Below, one piece after another: positions 62,401 to 64,000 of a DNA stretch of 64,000 nt. The DNA lies in the NCBI GenBank assembly GCA_028534125.1, contig CM052839.1:34224001-34288000 (forward strand). Direction: 5' to 3'. Numbering within the stretch: position 1 is the first letter of the stretch; each line of letters begins with the position of its first letter. The position numbers were made by a program, and so were the translations under genes. The notes under the pieces were generated by a model, which did no database searches, was not told where the DNA came from, and worked only from the letters and a program-made list of their open reading frames with translations. Source of the stretch: Lama glama (taxonomy: Eukaryota).

Positions 62401-64000
62401 CGCAAGCTTCTTACAACAAGGGCTTCTTGGTTCTAATATCCTAGTTCTATGAGGTTAAATCTACATCACAGTCACAAATCTCCCTACTTTCATCATTTCA
62501 GGTATATGTTCCTTCCTGGCCTTTGAAAAAAGAGGCTCTTATTTTTCCTCTTGGTCTCCCCTCACCAAGTAATCTTTTATGGGTAAAACAGCAACCAAGA
62601 GTCATGGCCATTCAGCACCTACCAAAAAGACATCTGGTGCCCCCACCTCCAAATGCCCAAACACATCCTCCTGTCTCCTATCTGCCCCAACCCTGCCTCA
62701 CCTGGTGACCCCGGATGGTGCGCAGGGAGAACATGCCTGTGTCCCCCTCGTCTGCGATGGAAACCCCAGGAAGGTCCATCTTCAGCTCCACACGCTCCCG
62801 CTGTTTTCTCTGCTCACGGAGCAGCTTCTTTTTCTTCCTGAGGGGATGGGACGGTTTGAGGATCAGAGCTGCTCAGCTCTGAAGACTCCCTGTCCAGGCC
62901 TTTATCCTCTCCCATCTTCATCTGCTGAGGGACTCTCTCCAGCTCCCCTCACCTCTTCAGTTCTGCCACCTCCTGGGCCTTCATCTCTGCCAGGGTCCGG
63001 TTCAGTTGTTCCTCCTCCTCCTCCTCCTTAGAGGGCTGATGCCCAGTCCCAGCTGTTGATGCCTCTTCATCACCTTCTTCCTCTTCCTCCCCAGAGCTGA
63101 GGCTGACAAAACAGTCCCAGGAGCTGGTTATTTTCCCAGACGCTTCCCCCCCCCCAGCGCCCAGTCAACACCTGCACTGGTTTATCCCCCTCCTCACCTG
63201 ATGTCCATTGCCTTTGCTTGTTCTTTCAGCTTCTTGGCCACATGTCGCCGAAGCTTCGTTCTCCAGTTCAGGAGGCACCTGCCCCAGAAACACCATTCCT
63301 GACCTTACTGTCTCCCTCTTTGTCCCCACCTCCTCCTCTGTTTTAGGTGCACACCCCAAATTCCACATTTGAGCCACGTAACTCCTAGGGCTCAGGCCCC
63401 CATCCCAACCTCTAGCACAGCAGCATCCTGATCCCAGAGATCCAACATTTCACTCAAAGGCCTTCCTCTGCCTTCGGGGCTCCCCCTTCCAGTGCACACC
63501 TAAGCTCCTTGCGCCCCAGCACTTTGATATCCTGACAGCACACCCGTATGTCCTCAGTGGTAGCTGGATGCCGTGCCAACTCGTCATCATCAAGCGAGAT
63601 CTGTTTTGGAGAAGGGGAAGGAGTCAGGGGAGATATTCAGGCCATGTTTCTGGGGCCCCTTCCACCCCTCAGGTCTGGGGACTCACTTCGCTGGCTTTGG
63701 AGAGGAAGTCAACAGGGTTGGCAGCTCGGAGGAAGTCAGTGACTGTGGTTCGGTGGTAGAGAGTGAGGTCGCCCTCAGCATAGCCTTCAGCCTTAGGGAG
63801 GGAAATAAAGTTGAGCAGTCCCTCCTGGGGTGTTAGGAGGACACATCAGGCCAACCGCCCCAGAGTTCCACCTGAAGGTGGCCCCACTCCCCAAGCACAC
63901 CTTTGGCTTCTTCTTAGTCACCAATTCAGTAACAGTCTTGGCCTGGACTTCAACCTCCTTGAAGGCAAATTTGGGATCAAAGAATTTACTGTCAACCTTG
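59491..64000 (-). CDS. FTSJ3: pre-rRNA 2'-O-ribose methyltransferase FTSJ3 (Spb1 homologue), 3' part; 5' end lies beyond the window
   Basis: Exons, phases all compatible: 64000-63901, 63791-63687, 63600-63500, 63278-63198, 63102-62953, 62837-62702, 61596-61418, 61263-61143, 61062-60797, 60524-60436, 60335-60236, 60136-59953, 59870-59776, 59683-59491. Peptides [73 protein letters not shown]. Confidence 0.97.
62085..62180. mobile_element. MIR fragment in FTSJ3 intron
   Basis: Core TTTTACAGATGAGGAAACTGAGGC. Confidence 0.75.

Overview
Mammalian autosomal DNA, probably a camelid judging from the tRNA-derived SINE type. It matches the conserved STRADA - CCDC47 - DDX42 - FTSJ3 block. From left to right: (1) CpG-island promoter and non-coding first exon of STRADA (minus strand; name from synteny only). 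(2) Complete CCDC47 (minus; 12 coding exons, 1452 nt, 483 aa). (3) A bidirectional CpG-island promoter at about 23.4-24.7 kb. (4) DDX42 (plus; DEAD-box helicase), in which coding exons 3 and 5 are not visible and most of exon 7 is hidden; all three positions coincide with N-gaps. (5) The 3' 14 exons of FTSJ3 (minus), converging tail-to-tail with DDX42. Introns carry SINEs, L1/L2/MIR fragments, hAT and Tigger DNA transposons and two LTRs. I see no evidence of a wholly new genetic system. The best leads are: assembly gaps that sit selectively on DDX42 exons (possible hidden retrocopy); transposon ends positioned to supply branch points; a candidate poison exon and an LTR-derived poly(A) signal in DDX42 intron 6; two near-identical ultra-short L1 tails; and a STRADA promoter built from a degenerate GC-box tandem array. 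Repeat family names and comparisons with human proteins are from memory, not from a search.
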